This document shows, piece after piece, positions 47,859-57,849 of a stretch of 64,000 bases of DNA (positions within the stretch are counted from its first letter, which is position 1; each line of letters starts with the position of its first letter). Below the pieces are notes generated by a model. It was not told the origin of the DNA, searched no databases, and was given only the letters and a program-made list of their open reading frames with translations. Source of the DNA: an uncultured Chloroflexia bacterium. GTDB lineage: Bacteria > Chloroflexota > Limnocylindria > Limnocylindrales > CSP1-4. The stretch is from assembly GCA_963746845.1 (NCBI GenBank), contig CAVVCZ010000001.1, positions 288,001 through 352,000 of the forward strand, read 5' to 3'. Both the position numbers and the translations under genes were made by a program.

Positions 47859-50399
47859 TCAAGGCCCGTCCTGCCCGCCGATCCTGCCCGCGAGCTGGGT
47901 CCGACGCTCAGCGCCGAGCTTCAGCATCGCCGAGCTGAGGATCCGAGCGACCGTCGGGCGGCCGATGCCCAGCCGACGGGCGATCTCGAGGTTGGTGAGC
48001 CCGCGATCCACCAGCTCGACCAGCTCTCGCTCGCGCGCCGTCAGGCCCATCGTCCCGGTCGCACCGCGGGCGGAGCCGGGTGACCGCACGCCCGACTGCC
48101 GGAGTGAGCGACGGATCCGGGCGGCGATCGGTTCGGCCGACATCGCCGTCGCCGCGTGCAGGGCGCTCGTCAGCGCCGCGGTTGCCTCCTCGAGGCGTCC
48201 CGAGCGACGGAGCGCGTCGCCCGCGGCCCAGCGGCACAGCACCTCGTGGGTGGCATGGAACCCGGCCCAGCGTTCCGCCGCGGCGTCGAATGCCGCGGCC
48301 GCCTCATCGAACCGGCCGCCGTGGAGGTGATCGAGTCCCCGGAGCTCGTCGCCGGCGCCGGCCAGCGACGGTGCCAGGACGTCGTCGATCGCGTCCGCGG
48401 GCGCGCGCCCGAGGTCCAGGTGCGCCCAGGCACGGACCAGCCGCGGCTCGACGTGGGCGACCGGGATCGGGGCCGGGATGGCGAGCGACGACTCCGCGGA
48501 CGAGATGGCCGCGGCCGGTCGGCCGCTCCAGTACGCGAGCTCCGCCTCCCTGGCGAGCGCATCGCCCCGTCCGAGGAAATCCGGCGTCGCCGTCGCGAGG
48601 AGCGGGCGGAGCGTGGCCTCGCACTCGTCGAGCCGGCCCAGCGCGATCAGGGCCCTGGCTCGATGGACGCCGGCGCGCTGTCGCGCGCGGAGCGGAGCCG
48701 GACGTTCGAGGACCTCGTCCGCCAGGGCAAGGGCGTCCACATGGTTGCCGGCCAGGACGGCGGCCAGCGCGGCATCCGCCCGGAACTCGAGGGCGACGCT
48801 CGCCAGCCCGACCTCCTCGAACCGTGTCGCCTGCTCGAGGAGGAACGCGAGGGCGTGCGCCGGACTGGACGTCATCAGGTACAGGTACTGGAGCACCCGC
48901 GCCCGGTCGGTGGCGGTCCGATAGCGATGGGCCGCGAAGGCCTCGTCCGCCCCCGCCTCGACCAGCGCGACCTGGTCCGGCACCGGCCGCGCGAGCAGCG
49001 AGATCGCCGCGCGGAGGACGGTGAGGTCACGGGCGGCGACGGGACCAAGCCCGGGTGTCCCGAGAGCGTCATCGAGCGCCGCGAGCGCCCCGGGCCAGGC
49101 CCCCTCGACGTTGACGAGGAACGTCGCCACCTCGATCGTCCGACGCACGGCCGCCGGCGACGTCGGGTCGACCATCCGCTCCTGCGCCCGGGCGAGGTGG
49201 GCGCGGCTCGCCTCGACCGCACCGGTGCGGTAGGTGGCATGCGCCACGAGCGCGTCCCGCTCGACGAGCAGCTCGGCCGTCCCCGTCGACCCGGCGCCGT
49301 CGAGGATCCGCACGATCGTCTGCCACTCGCCGACCTCGTCGAGCAGTCGCGCGGCCCGGACATCGAGCTCCAGCGCCCCCGTGCCCGCGCTGGCGTCGGC
49401 TGCCGCGACGAGCAGGGCTGCCCGGGTCCGCGGATCGCCGGCCGTCGTCTCCGCCTCGATCCGGGCCAGTGCCTCCAGGGCGACCCGTCGCCCGTCCGCG
49501 TCCCGGCCGGCGGCCGTCAGGTGACGCGCGGCATCGGCCGGGTCGTCCGCGAGGTCCGCTGCCCGAGCGTGCAGCGCCCGGGCGTCGGACGGGCTGAGGG
49601 CGTCCCGGACCGACCCGGCGACGAGGTCGTGGCGGATCCGGAGGCCGTCCCGGCTGTCACGGACGAGGCCGAGGTGGCACGCCTCGGTGACGGCCGGATC
49701 AATTCGCTCGGCGAGCACGGGCCGATCGACGATTGCGAGGAGCTCGACGGCGTCCCGTGCCCCGGCGGACAGACGATCGACGGAGGCGGCCAACGCATGG
49801 GCGAGGTCCCGCGACGGCTCGCCGCCCTCGCTGAGCTCCTCGAGCAGCAGCGGGTTGCCGGCGGCGCGCTCGACGATCTCGTCCAGCCGCGCCGCGTCGA
49901 TCGTCGGTCGGATCGCCCGGACGATCTCGCGCGAGGCGGCCGCCGGGAGGGGCTCCACGGACAGCAGTGTGCCGCCCGACGCACTGAACGCCGCCGCGGC
50001 CTCGGCCGCGCCGGCGTCGCCGCTCCGGACCGCCCCGATGACCAGGATCCGTCCGATCAGCAGTGACAGGGCGGCGAGTGACTGCTCGTCCGCCCACTGG
50101 AGGTCGTCGATGAACAGGACGTCCGGACCGACGACCGCCTCGACGACGGACGCGACGCTCGACGGATCGCCCGCGAGGACCGCGCCGACGGCGAGCTCCA
50201 GGGGCAGATACGGCCGCCAGGAGAGCGTCGCGTACGAACCGCCCTCGCGGATCCCACGCCGGGCATCGGCTGCTGCCGCGCGCGCGAGGGCCGTCTTCCC
50301 CACACCGGCCTCGCCGACCAGGGCGACGGACCGATCCTCCCGGATGACCTCCGCCAGGTCCGCCAGCTCGGTCTCTCGTCCGACCAGCGCCGGCGTCAT
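47859..50399 (-). CDS. AAA ATPase / LuxR-HTH transcriptional regulator
   Basis: LVGRETEL, GEAGVGKTAL, IDDLQWAD, AAGNPLLLEEL, C-terminal LTARERELVELVDRGLTNLEIARRL. Confidence 0.88.
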   Translation of the reverse strand: MTPALVGRETELADLAEVIREDRSVALVGEAGVGKTALARAAAADARRGIREGGSYATLSWRPYLPLELAVGAVLAGDPSSVASVVEAVVGPDVLFIDDLQWADEQSLAALSLLIGRILVIGAVRSGDAGAAEAAAAFSASGGTLLSVEPLPAAASREIVRAIRPTIDAARLDEIVERAAGNPLLLEELSEGGEPSRDLAHALAASVDRLSAGARDAVELLAIVDRPVLAERIDPAVTEACHLGLVRDSRDGLRIRHDLVAGSVRDALSPSDARALHARAADLADDPADAARHLTAAGRDADGRRVALEALARIEAETTAGDPRTRAALLVAAADASAGTGALELDVRAARLLDEVGEWQTIVRILDGAGSTGTAELLVERDALVAHATYRTGAVEASRAHLARAQERMVDPTSPAAVRRTIEVATFLVNVEGAWPGALAALDDALGTPGLGPVAARDLTVLRAAISLLARPVPDQVALVEAGADEAFAAHRYRTATDRARVLQYLYLMTSSPAHALAFLLEQATRFEEVGLASVALEFRADAALAAVLAGNHVDALALADEVLERPAPLRARQRAGVHRARALIALGRLDECEATLRPLLATATPDFLGRGDALAREAELAYWSGRPAAAISSAESSLAIPAPIPVAHVEPRLVRAWAHLDLGRAPADAIDDVLAPSLAGAGDELRGLDHLHGGRFDEAAAAFDAAAERWAGFHATHEVLCRWAAGDALRRSGRLEEATAALTSALHAATAMSAEPIAARIRRSLRQSGVRSPGSARGATGTMGLTARERELVELVDRGLTNLEIARRLGIGRPTVARILSSAMLKLGAERRTQLAGRIGGQDGP

Positions 50400-51052
50400 C
50401 CGGCCCCGTGCTCGTTCGTCGGTTCGAGCCAGCCCCGTCGTCGCGCGACGGCGATCGCCTCGGTCGTCCGCTCCACGCCGACGGCCCGCCGCGCGTCGGC
50501 GAGACGTCGGTCGGCCGTTCGCCGGGCGAGGCCGAGGGATTGCGCAGCGTCGCCCAGGGACAGCCCCTCCGCCAGCAGGGCGAGCAGCGCCCGTGCCTCG
50601 CCTCCCAGCTGCGGCGAGCCCGGCGGATCGGTCGCCTCGCGCACCTCGACCCGCCCCACGTGGCGGAGGTCACCGACGAGCGCGTCGACAAGCTCGCGAT
50701 CGGCGTGTGTCGCGACGAGCAGGCCAGCGCCCCGCACGGCGGCCAGGACCGCTCGGGCCGCATCGTCGGCCGTTCTGATGACCGCCACCCGGACGACAGA
50801 ACTGCCCGGTGGCGGATCGGCGATCAGGCCTCGGACGACCGGGTGACCGGCCAGGCGGAGGCGGGCGACCTCGTGCTCGGGGACCGACGCCGACCCGTCG
50901 AGGACGATCAGAGGCGGGCGACCCGGCGTGGCGCCGTTCGTCTCCGCCGCGCGATGGATCGGCCGGTCCCCCATGACCGCTCGGCTCGGCGCGCCCCTCC
51001 CCAGGACGATCCTCGGTGGATGGCCAGGATCGTTGCGCCGATGGTAGTGCAC
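50396..51052 (-). CDS. Small LuxR-type HTH protein (start uncertain, possibly about 50975)
   Basis: LLALLAEGLSLGDAAQSLGLARRTADRRLADARRAVGVERTTEA; stop overlaps the next ATG. Confidence 0.7.
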   Translation of the reverse strand: MHYHRRNDPGHPPRIVLGRGAPSRAVMGDRPIHRAAETNGATPGRPPLIVLDGSASVPEHEVARLRLAGHPVVRGLIADPPPGSSVVRVAVIRTADDAARAVLAAVRGAGLLVATHADRELVDALVGDLRHVGRVEVREATDPPGSPQLGGEARALLALLAEGLSLGDAAQSLGLARRTADRRLADARRAVGVERTTEAIAVARRRGWLEPTNEHGAG

Positions 51053-51125
51053 GGGAGGCGCGCGAAGACGTGCGGTCGCGGCCCCGGGCGGGCCCGGGGC
51101 CGCGCCGAGTGCGCGCGACGAACGG

Positions 51126-51674
51126 TCAGGAGGTGTGGCCGATCGTCACCTGGACGCCGGTGCTGCCGTCGCCGGCCGGGAAGACCGACACCGCGCCACC
51201 GAACGAGCCATTGGCGTCGTTCGCGATGATCCAGCTGTATCCGCCGTTGGACGATGTCGTCGAGATGATCTGGAGCCCGGTCTTCGGGATCGTGCTCTCG
51301 TAGAACGACTTCAGGGTGTCGGGGGAGTCCGTCGACTGATACATCGCGAAGAACGTGCCCTCCGCGGCGGTACGCGTCACTTCGTGTGAGTTCGGCGGCA
51401 CGAGCTGCTTCGCCACCGCCTCGGTGTCGCCACCGACCCCGGTGGTCGTCCCGCCGCCGGTGGCAGCGGATGGGCCGCCGGTGTCAGCCGATGGGCCGCC
51501 GCCCGCGTCGGGGTTGGCCTGGCTCGGCTGGGCCGCCGGGGCGCTTGCACCTCCGGTCGTGCCGCCGCCGCCTCCCGCAGATGCGGCCGGCGTCCCGGAC
51601 GACGAGCCGCATGCCGCGACCAGGCCGACCGCCATCGCCAGGGCCAGGAATCGATGCTGTCTGGTGGAGCCCAC
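51126..51674 (-). CDS. Lipoprotein with a Gly/Ala/Ser linker and a small C-terminal domain
   Basis: GAGGGGAGG RBS, GTG 51674, lipobox LVAAC. Confidence 0.78.
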   Translation of the reverse strand: MGSTRQHRFLALAMAVGLVAACGSSSGTPAASAGGGGGTTGGASAPAAQPSQANPDAGGGPSADTGGPSAATGGGTTTGVGGDTEAVAKQLVPPNSHEVTRTAAEGTFFAMYQSTDSPDTLKSFYESTIPKTGLQIISTTSSNGGYSWIIANDANGSFGGAVSVFPAGDGSTGVQVTIGHTS

Positions 51675-51996
51675 GGTCCTCCCCTCGTGCCGGCACGCTG
51701 CCATGTTGGCCCGATGCTCGGCCCGAGGACCCTGCCCGTCATCGTCCACCTGCGCCACGACGCGGGCCGGAGTGCCGCCCGGGCAGCCGCCGGATCAGGG
51801 ACGGAACAGACGCGCGATCGGGATGACCTCGCTGCCATCGACGCTCCCGCCGGCGACGAGCACGTCCCCGTCCCGGAGCGTGGTCACAGCGGCATCCATC
51901 GCCAATCGGAATTGGACCGCCAGTTCGGTCCACTCGGCCCTGTCGCGGCTCTCGACCGGGGTGGGACGATGGCGGTTGACCCTGGAGGAGTTGGAC

Positions 51997-52245
51997 ATGG
52001 GAAAGGAACGGCAGGTGGTCGCGGACGTGATGACCATCGATGTGATGGTCGTCGCCGTGGACGCCTCCCTCGAGGAGGCTGACAAGGCGCTTCGGTCGAC
52101 CGTCGTGACCGGCCTCCCCGTCGTCGACGGCAGCGGTGCCCTGGTGGGTGTCATCAGCCATGCGGACCTCGCCGCGCACCGATTTGCCGATCGGAGGCCA
52201 TCGGCCGAGCCGGACCCGTCGGGCCCGGAGCCGGCGAGGCGATGA
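51997..52245 (+). CDS. Stand-alone single CBS domain protein
   Basis: VADVMT..V..V..DASLEEA...GLPVVDGSGALVGVISHADL; GGAGGAG RBS. Confidence 0.78.
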   Translation: MGKERQVVADVMTIDVMVVAVDASLEEADKALRSTVVTGLPVVDGSGALVGVISHADLAAHRFADRRPSAEPDPSGPEPARR

Positions 52246-52246
52246 G

Positions 52247-53968
52247 TTGTCGGCCACCGCGCTGCCGCCCGCGCCGACAGCGGTGAGTCAAGGCACAGCC
52301 CCTCATCTCGCTGTTCGGAGCCGTGGGCACGAGTTGATCGCGAACCCTCTCCTCAACAAGGGGACGGCGTTCACGATCCGCGAGCGAGATGCGTTCGGCC
52401 TTCACGGTCTGCTGCCGCCGGGTGTGGCGACGATCGACGAGCAGGTGAGGTTGGAGCTCGAGCACGTCCGTCGCAAGGCCGATGACCTCGAGCAGTACAT
52501 CGGACTCGCCGCACTCCAGGATCGCAACGAGACGCTCTTCTACCGACTCCTCGTCGAGAACCTCGAGGAATTCCTTCCCATCGTCTACACGCCCACCGTG
52601 GGTCTCGCCTGCCAGCAGTTCAGCCACATCATCCGGCGCCCGCGTGGTGTCTGGATCACACCCGATGACCTCGGCCGGATCGACGTCATCCTTCGATCGA
52701 TCGGCGACGACATCCGCCTGATCGTCGTCACCGACAACGAGCGGATCCTGGGCCTCGGTGACCAGGGGGCCGGCGGGATGGCGATCCCGGTGGGCAAGCT
52801 GGCGCTGTACACCGCGGCCGCGGGTATCCATCCGGCGCGGACGCTGCCCGTCTCGCTCGATGTCGGGACCGACCGTCGGGAGCTCCGGGACGATCCGCTC
52901 TACGTCGGTTACCGCGCGCCGCGGTTGCGCGGAACCGAGTACGACGCGGTGGTGGAGGCGTTCGTGGACGCCGTAGCCCGGGTGTTCCCGGCGGCCATCG
53001 TCCAATGGGAGGACTTCAAGGGACACAATGCGGTACGAGTCCTCGACAGCTATCGGCACCGGCAGCCGAGCTTCAATGACGACATCCAGGGGACCGGAGC
53101 GGTCGTCCTCGGTGGTCTCCTCGCTGCGCGCCGAGTGCGTGGGGGCCTGACCTCCGACCGCTTCCTGTTCGTCGGCGCGGGTGGAGCGGCGATCGGCATC
53201 GCCGCTCTCCTGCAGCGCGAGCTCATCGCCGAGGGCATGGATCCGCACGCCGCGGCTGCGGCCATCGTGATGCTCGACAGCAACGGCCTGGTCCATACGG
53301 AACGCCCGGCATTGCCCGACGATCAGCGGACGTTCGCCGTCGATCCCGCTCGGCTCCTGGGCGCCGGGCTGCGACCGTCGGAGCTGGTCGACCCGGTCGC
53401 GATCGCCCGTGTCGCCGAGTCGACGGTGCTGATCGGCGCGACCGCCTGCTCGGGTGCGTTCACGGAGGCCCTCGTCCGCGAAGTTGGACTCCACGACGCG
53501 GTGCCGATCGTGCTGCCGCTGTCCAACCCGGGCTCCTGCGCGGAGGCACGTCCGGAGGACATCCTCGCCTGGACCGGAGGACGCGCTCTCGTCGCTGCGG
53601 GTGGCCCGAGTCGCGAGGTCGACGGGCCCGAGGGCGTTCGGGTCATCGGCCAGGCGAACAACGTCTTCATCTTCCCCGGGATGGGCCTCGGTGCGATCGT
53701 CGCCCAGACGCGCGAGGTGACCGACGACATGTTCCTGGTGGCCGCTCATCGCCTGGCCGATCTCGTGTCGGACGAGCGATTGCGGTCGGGCGCGCTCTAC
53801 CCGCCCGTGGCCGGGCTCCGAGCCGTGGCGCGGGCGATCGCGATCGCCGTGATCGGCAAGGCCCGCGATGACGGGCACGGGCTGGCCTACACGGATCCGG
53901 AGATCGAGGTCGCCGTCGATCGTTCGATGTGGTGGCCCGACTACGTCGCGCTCGAGCCGGGCGACTGA
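52247..53968 (+). CDS. maeA: NAD(P)-dependent malic enzyme
   Basis: NPLLNKGTAFT, PIVYTPTVG, VTDNERILGLGDQG, QWEDF, FNDDIQGTG, PLSNP, QANNVFIFPG; start approximate. Confidence 0.9.
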   Translation: MSATALPPAPTAVSQGTAPHLAVRSRGHELIANPLLNKGTAFTIRERDAFGLHGLLPPGVATIDEQVRLELEHVRRKADDLEQYIGLAALQDRNETLFYRLLVENLEEFLPIVYTPTVGLACQQFSHIIRRPRGVWITPDDLGRIDVILRSIGDDIRLIVVTDNERILGLGDQGAGGMAIPVGKLALYTAAAGIHPARTLPVSLDVGTDRRELRDDPLYVGYRAPRLRGTEYDAVVEAFVDAVARVFPAAIVQWEDFKGHNAVRVLDSYRHRQPSFNDDIQGTGAVVLGGLLAARRVRGGLTSDRFLFVGAGGAAIGIAALLQRELIAEGMDPHAAAAAIVMLDSNGLVHTERPALPDDQRTFAVDPARLLGAGLRPSELVDPVAIARVAESTVLIGATACSGAFTEALVREVGLHDAVPIVLPLSNPGSCAEARPEDILAWTGGRALVAAGGPSREVDGPEGVRVIGQANNVFIFPGMGLGAIVAQTREVTDDMFLVAAHRLADLVSDERLRSGALYPPVAGLRAVARAIAIAVIGKARDDGHGLAYTDPEIEVAVDRSMWWPDYVALEPGD

Positions 53969-53995
53969 TCCATCCCGGATTGTCCGGGCGGGCCC

Positions 53996-55237
53996 TCAGA
54001 CGCGTTCGAAGGCCATCGCCACCGACCCGCCGCCACCGAGGCAGAGGGTCGCGAGGCCGTAGTGGCCCTGGCGACGCTGGAGCTCGTACAGGAGGGTTGC
54101 AACGATGCGCGCGCCCGATGCTCCGATCGGGTGACCCAGGGCAATCGCCCCACCGTTCACGTTCACCTTGTCCCAGTCGAAGCCGAGCTCGCCGCCGTCG
54201 GCGAGGGTCTGGGCCGCGAACGCCTCGTTGATCTCGACGAGATCGAACGCCTCGATCGGCATCTCGATCCGATCGAGCAGCCGGCGGACGCCCTGGACCG
54301 GCGCGAGGAACAGCCACTTCGGCTCGACCTCCGCCTGGGCATAGCCGATGATCCTGGCGAGTGGCTTGAGGCCATATCGCTCGACGGTCCGCTCGCTGGC
54401 GACGACGGTCGCGGCCGCGCCGTCCGTGATGCCCGGGGCATTTCCGGCCGTGACCGTGCCCTCGGTCGCGTCACCGCGATCCTCGCCGTCGGGCAGCGGG
54501 AAGACCGCCTTGAGCCGCGCCAGGGCCTCGATCGTCGAATCGCGCCGGGGACCCTCGTCGACGGCCACCACGGTCTCGCGACCCTTGGCATCGCGCAGGG
54601 TGACCGGCGCGATCTCCGCCTCGAACCGGCCTTCATCGATCGCCGCAACCGCCCGCTGGTGGCTGCGCAGGGCGAACTCGTCCTGGTCCTGACGGCTGAC
54701 GTTGTTCGAGATCGCGACGCGCTCGGCATGGGTGCCCATGTGACACCCTTCGATCGCGCAGGTCAGGCCATCCTGGACCGTCGCGTCGACCAGCGTTCCG
54801 TTGCCCAGGCGATAGCCGAAACGCGCCCGAGGCAGGAAGTAGGGCGCGCCGTTCATGCTCTCCATCCCGCCCGCGACGACCACTTCGGCGTCGCCGGCCC
54901 GGATCTCGGCCGCCGCGAGCATGATGGCCTTGAGCGCGGAACCGCAGACGCGGTTGATGGTCGTCGCGCTCGTCGTGACGGGCAACCCGCCACGCAGGGC
55001 TGCCTGACGTGCGGGTGCCTGACCGACGCCGGCCTGCAGCACCTGGCCCATGAGGACCTCGTCAACCGGGACCTCGGCCGGCAGGCCACTCCGCTCGACC
55101 GCGGCCCGAATGGCGACTCCGCCAAGCTCGACTGCCGGCACATCGGCCAGCGCGCCCCCGAACTTGCCGATGGGTGTCCGTGCTGCGCTCACCAGATAAA
55201 CGCCACCATTGCGTTCGGCGCGGGCCGTGTCAGTCAT
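53996..55237 (-). CDS. phaA: Acetyl-CoA C-acetyltransferase (beta-ketothiolase)
   Basis: RTPIGKFGG, INRVCGS, EINEAFA, NGGAIALGHPIGASG, LCLGGG. Confidence 0.93.
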   Translation of the reverse strand: MTDTARAERNGGVYLVSAARTPIGKFGGALADVPAVELGGVAIRAAVERSGLPAEVPVDEVLMGQVLQAGVGQAPARQAALRGGLPVTTSATTINRVCGSALKAIMLAAAEIRAGDAEVVVAGGMESMNGAPYFLPRARFGYRLGNGTLVDATVQDGLTCAIEGCHMGTHAERVAISNNVSRQDQDEFALRSHQRAVAAIDEGRFEAEIAPVTLRDAKGRETVVAVDEGPRRDSTIEALARLKAVFPLPDGEDRGDATEGTVTAGNAPGITDGAAATVVASERTVERYGLKPLARIIGYAQAEVEPKWLFLAPVQGVRRLLDRIEMPIEAFDLVEINEAFAAQTLADGGELGFDWDKVNVNGGAIALGHPIGASGARIVATLLYELQRRQGHYGLATLCLGGGGSVAMAFERV

Positions 55238-55297
55238 CGTGTGTCTCCTCTGGGAGCGATCGGTCTCGATGGAAACGAAGGGTCGACGGGCCGGAGA

Positions 55298-56041
55298 TCA
55301 GGTATACAGCCCGCCGTCGATGGCGATCACCTGGCCGGTGATGTAGTCGCCGTGCGAAACCAGGAATTCGACCACCTGGGCGATCTCCTCCGGCCGCCCG
55401 AAGCGACCCATGGGGATCTTCGCGAGGATCCTGGCGCGGACCTCCTCCGGCATCGCCGCGATCATCTCGGTCTCGATGAAGCCCGGCGCGATGGCGTTGA
55501 CCGTGACGCCCTTTCGGGCCAGCTCAAGCGCCGCAGACTTCGTGAAGCCGATGATCCCGGCCTTGGCCGCCGCGTAGTTCGCCTGGCCGAAGTTGCCATG
55601 GACGCCGATCACCGAGCTGATGTTCACGATCCGGCCGTAGCCGGCCTCGACCATGTGCGGCAATACCCGGGACGTCACGAGGAAGACGCTGGTCAGGTTC
55701 GTCTGGAGGACGGCGTTCCATTCCTCGAATGACATCTTGGCGAGCGACCGGTCGCGGGTGATCCCGGCGTTGTTGACCAGCACGTCCAACTTGCCGAAGT
55801 GCTCCATGACGCTCGCGACGGCCGTCTCGACGGCAGCGGGATCCTGGACGTCGCAACCGAACGCGAACGCCGTGCCGCCGTGCGTTGCGATCTCGGCCGC
55901 GACCTGCTCGGCCGCATCACGGTTGCTGGTGTAGCCGACGGCGACGGACGCGGAATGCCGTCCGAGCTCGAGCGCAATCGCCCGGCCGATGCCGCGCGAC
56001 CCGCCGGTAACAAGGCAGGCCCGGCCTGTCAGATCTGTCAT
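55298..56041 (-). CDS. phaB: Acetoacetyl-CoA reductase (SDR)
   Basis: TGGSRGIG, NNAGITRD, GNFGQANYAAAKAG, GFIETEM; located in the PHA cluster; start re-called to 56041. Confidence 0.85.
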   Translation of the reverse strand: MTDLTGRACLVTGGSRGIGRAIALELGRHSASVAVGYTSNRDAAEQVAAEIATHGGTAFAFGCDVQDPAAVETAVASVMEHFGKLDVLVNNAGITRDRSLAKMSFEEWNAVLQTNLTSVFLVTSRVLPHMVEAGYGRIVNISSVIGVHGNFGQANYAAAKAGIIGFTKSAALELARKGVTVNAIAPGFIETEMIAAMPEEVRARILAKIPMGRFGRPEEIAQVVEFLVSHGDYITGQVIAIDGGLYT

Positions 56042-56128
56042 CGCACAACCCTCCTCGAGTCGGCGGAGCCGCAAACGAAATGGCCGGCGATCAGTCGCCG
56101 GCCACGTCGTCGCCGATCAGCAGCTTGC

Positions 56129-56521
56129 TCAGCGCTTCGCGGTCTCGGTCGCCTTCGCGGTGGCCTTGATCGTTGACTGCCACGTCTCGAGCGTCGCCTG
56201 CTGGGTTCGCTTGAGGAGGTCCGTGAACTGCGCGACAGCCTGCTTGTTGCTCTTGACGCTGAGGTCGAAGAGGCTCAGGCCCGCGTCGATCGCCGCGTTC
56301 TGCGCGCCGAACGCCGTCCGAAGGACGGCTTCGCTCTGCGTGGACCAGGTGCTCAGGAGGTCCCGGCCGAGGACGCTTGCCTCGTCGAAGGACGAGCGCG
56401 CAGCCTCGATCGAGGCCTTGGCATTCTCGGTGTTGGTACGGGCCGCCTGGGCGGCGATCCGGGTGGCTTCCGCGACGGCGGCCGCCGCGGTCTCTGGCAT
56501 GTCGTTCACTGGGGTGGACAC
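56129..56521 (-). CDS. phaP: Phasin-like amphipathic granule protein
   Basis: 130-aa Ala-rich helical protein; AAGGAG RBS; strong promoter; first gene of the phaP-phaB-phaA unit. Confidence 0.6.
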   Translation of the reverse strand: MSTPVNDMPETAAAAVAEATRIAAQAARTNTENAKASIEAARSSFDEASVLGRDLLSTWSTQSEAVLRTAFGAQNAAIDAGLSLFDLSVKSNKQAVAQFTDLLKRTQQATLETWQSTIKATAKATETAKR

Positions 56522-56570
56522 GGTGCTCTCCTTCGCCTATGATCTCGTTGACTCTACCTGCGCATCAACT

Positions 56571-56608
56571 CTAGGTGCATTGTGCACATAGTGACTCGCA
56601 CTTGTCAA
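56571..56608 (-). promoter_or_regulatory. phaP promoter with an overlapping palindromic operator
   Basis: Minus strand TTGACA-N18-CACAAT; palindrome CTAgGTGCA-ttg-TGCACaTAG (56571-56591) covers the -10. Confidence 0.6.
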
Positions 56609-56647
56609 GCCACTCTGAAGAGAGAGCCGAGAACGTCGTTGTGAACC

Positions 56648-57157
56648 ATGTCTGACGAACACGCCACCGCCAGGTCGGTTCCCGATCCGGGGGAGTCGCT
56701 CGACGAGCGCGAGCCGCTGTCCGGCTGGCCGCCGCGCGACGTCCTGGCACCGTTCGTCCTGCTGGCCGTGTCAATGCAACGCGCCCACGGCTACGTGATC
56801 GAGGACTATCTGCGAGCTCTCGGCGTGTTCGGGATCACCATGAGCACGCTGTACCGGACGCTCCGCCAGATGGAGAAGGACGGCTTCCTCGAGTCGACGT
56901 GGGAGCCCGGGCCAACGGGTCCCGCCCGGCGCGTCTACTCGATCACCGACGCGGGCCACACGTGGCTCGACTCCTCGGTGGTCATGCTGGACGCCTATCG
57001 CCAGACCATCGACCGGTTCCTCGACCTGTACGGCACGGGCCCCCGCGCGACACGCAAGGCAGCCGACCCGCCGACGGACGGCAAGGGGACGACCAGGCAG
57101 CGGACGGCCGCGAAACGGACGAAAGAACAGGGGACGAGGAAAGGGACAGACCGATGA
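56648..57157 (+). CDS. phaQ: PadR family PHA-responsive repressor (PhaQ-like)
   Basis: LAPFVLL...HGY...TLYRTLRQMEKDG.LESTW...GPARRVYSITDAG; located in the PHA cluster. Confidence 0.75.
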   Translation: MSDEHATARSVPDPGESLDEREPLSGWPPRDVLAPFVLLAVSMQRAHGYVIEDYLRALGVFGITMSTLYRTLRQMEKDGFLESTWEPGPTGPARRVYSITDAGHTWLDSSVVMLDAYRQTIDRFLDLYGTGPRATRKAADPPTDGKGTTRQRTAAKRTKEQGTRKGTDR

Positions 57158-57849
57158 CGAAGGCCCAGGAAGCCAGCCAGGACACCGATGCGTTCGCGGT
57201 CTGGCGCCAGCTCTACGACGCCAATGAGAGGGCCTGGAACTCGGCCCTTGAGGGGGCGATGGGCAGTCCGGAGTTCGGCGAATCGAGCGGGCGACTGCTC
57301 GAGACGATGCTCGCCGCCCAGAAGTCGGTTCGCGACAACATGCGGGCCTACCTCGAGACGATGAACGTACCGACCCGCGAGGATATCGCCCGGCTCGGGG
57401 AGCTCGTCGTCGGGCTCGAGGAGAAGAGCGATCAGATCGCCGACCGACTCGACGTCCTCGAGGACGCCGTTCGCAGCCGACCGGCCGAGGTCGCCAAGAT
57501 CGATCGGATCGCCAAGCGACTCGACACGATCGAGCGAGCGGTCCGCAGCCGACCGGCCGAGGTCGCCAAGATCGATCGGATCGCCAAGCGACTCGACACG
57601 ATCGAGCGAGCGGTCCGCAGCCGACCGGCCGAGGTCGCCAAGATCGATCGGATCGCCAAGCGACTCGATACCATCGAGCGAGCGGTCCGACCCCGAGCCG
57701 CGGACGCGGCCAGGACGGCGACGCGAGCCACCCGCCCTGCGGCCGCCAAGGTCGCCACGGCGGCCGCGGCCGCCGGCCCGGCCCGGTCCGCGGCCAAGGT
57801 CGCCGCACCCGCAAAGCCGGCCACGACCCCGGCTGGCACGGCCGAATGA
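57154..57849 (+). CDS. PHA synthase accessory subunit (Bacillus PhaR / PhaE-like) with a repeat insertion and an Ala/Lys tail
   Basis: WRQLYDANERAW, YLETMNVPTREDIARLGELVVGLEEK; translationally coupled to phaQ and phaC. Confidence 0.78.
   Translation: MTKAQEASQDTDAFAVWRQLYDANERAWNSALEGAMGSPEFGESSGRLLETMLAAQKSVRDNMRAYLETMNVPTREDIARLGELVVGLEEKSDQIADRLDVLEDAVRSRPAEVAKIDRIAKRLDTIERAVRSRPAEVAKIDRIAKRLDTIERAVRSRPAEVAKIDRIAKRLDTIERAVRPRAADAARTATRATRPAAAKVATAAAAAGPARSAAKVAAPAKPATTPAGTAE
57472..57687 (+). repeat. Three 72-bp tandem repeats encoding RSRPAEVAKIDRIAKRLDTIERAV
   Basis: Units start at 57472, 57544 and 57616; near-identical. Confidence 0.95.

Noticed and set aside
57472-57687. 72-bp periodicity as a mini-CRISPR
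   Set aside because: Whole units are repeated with no unique spacers, and they are in frame within a coding gene.
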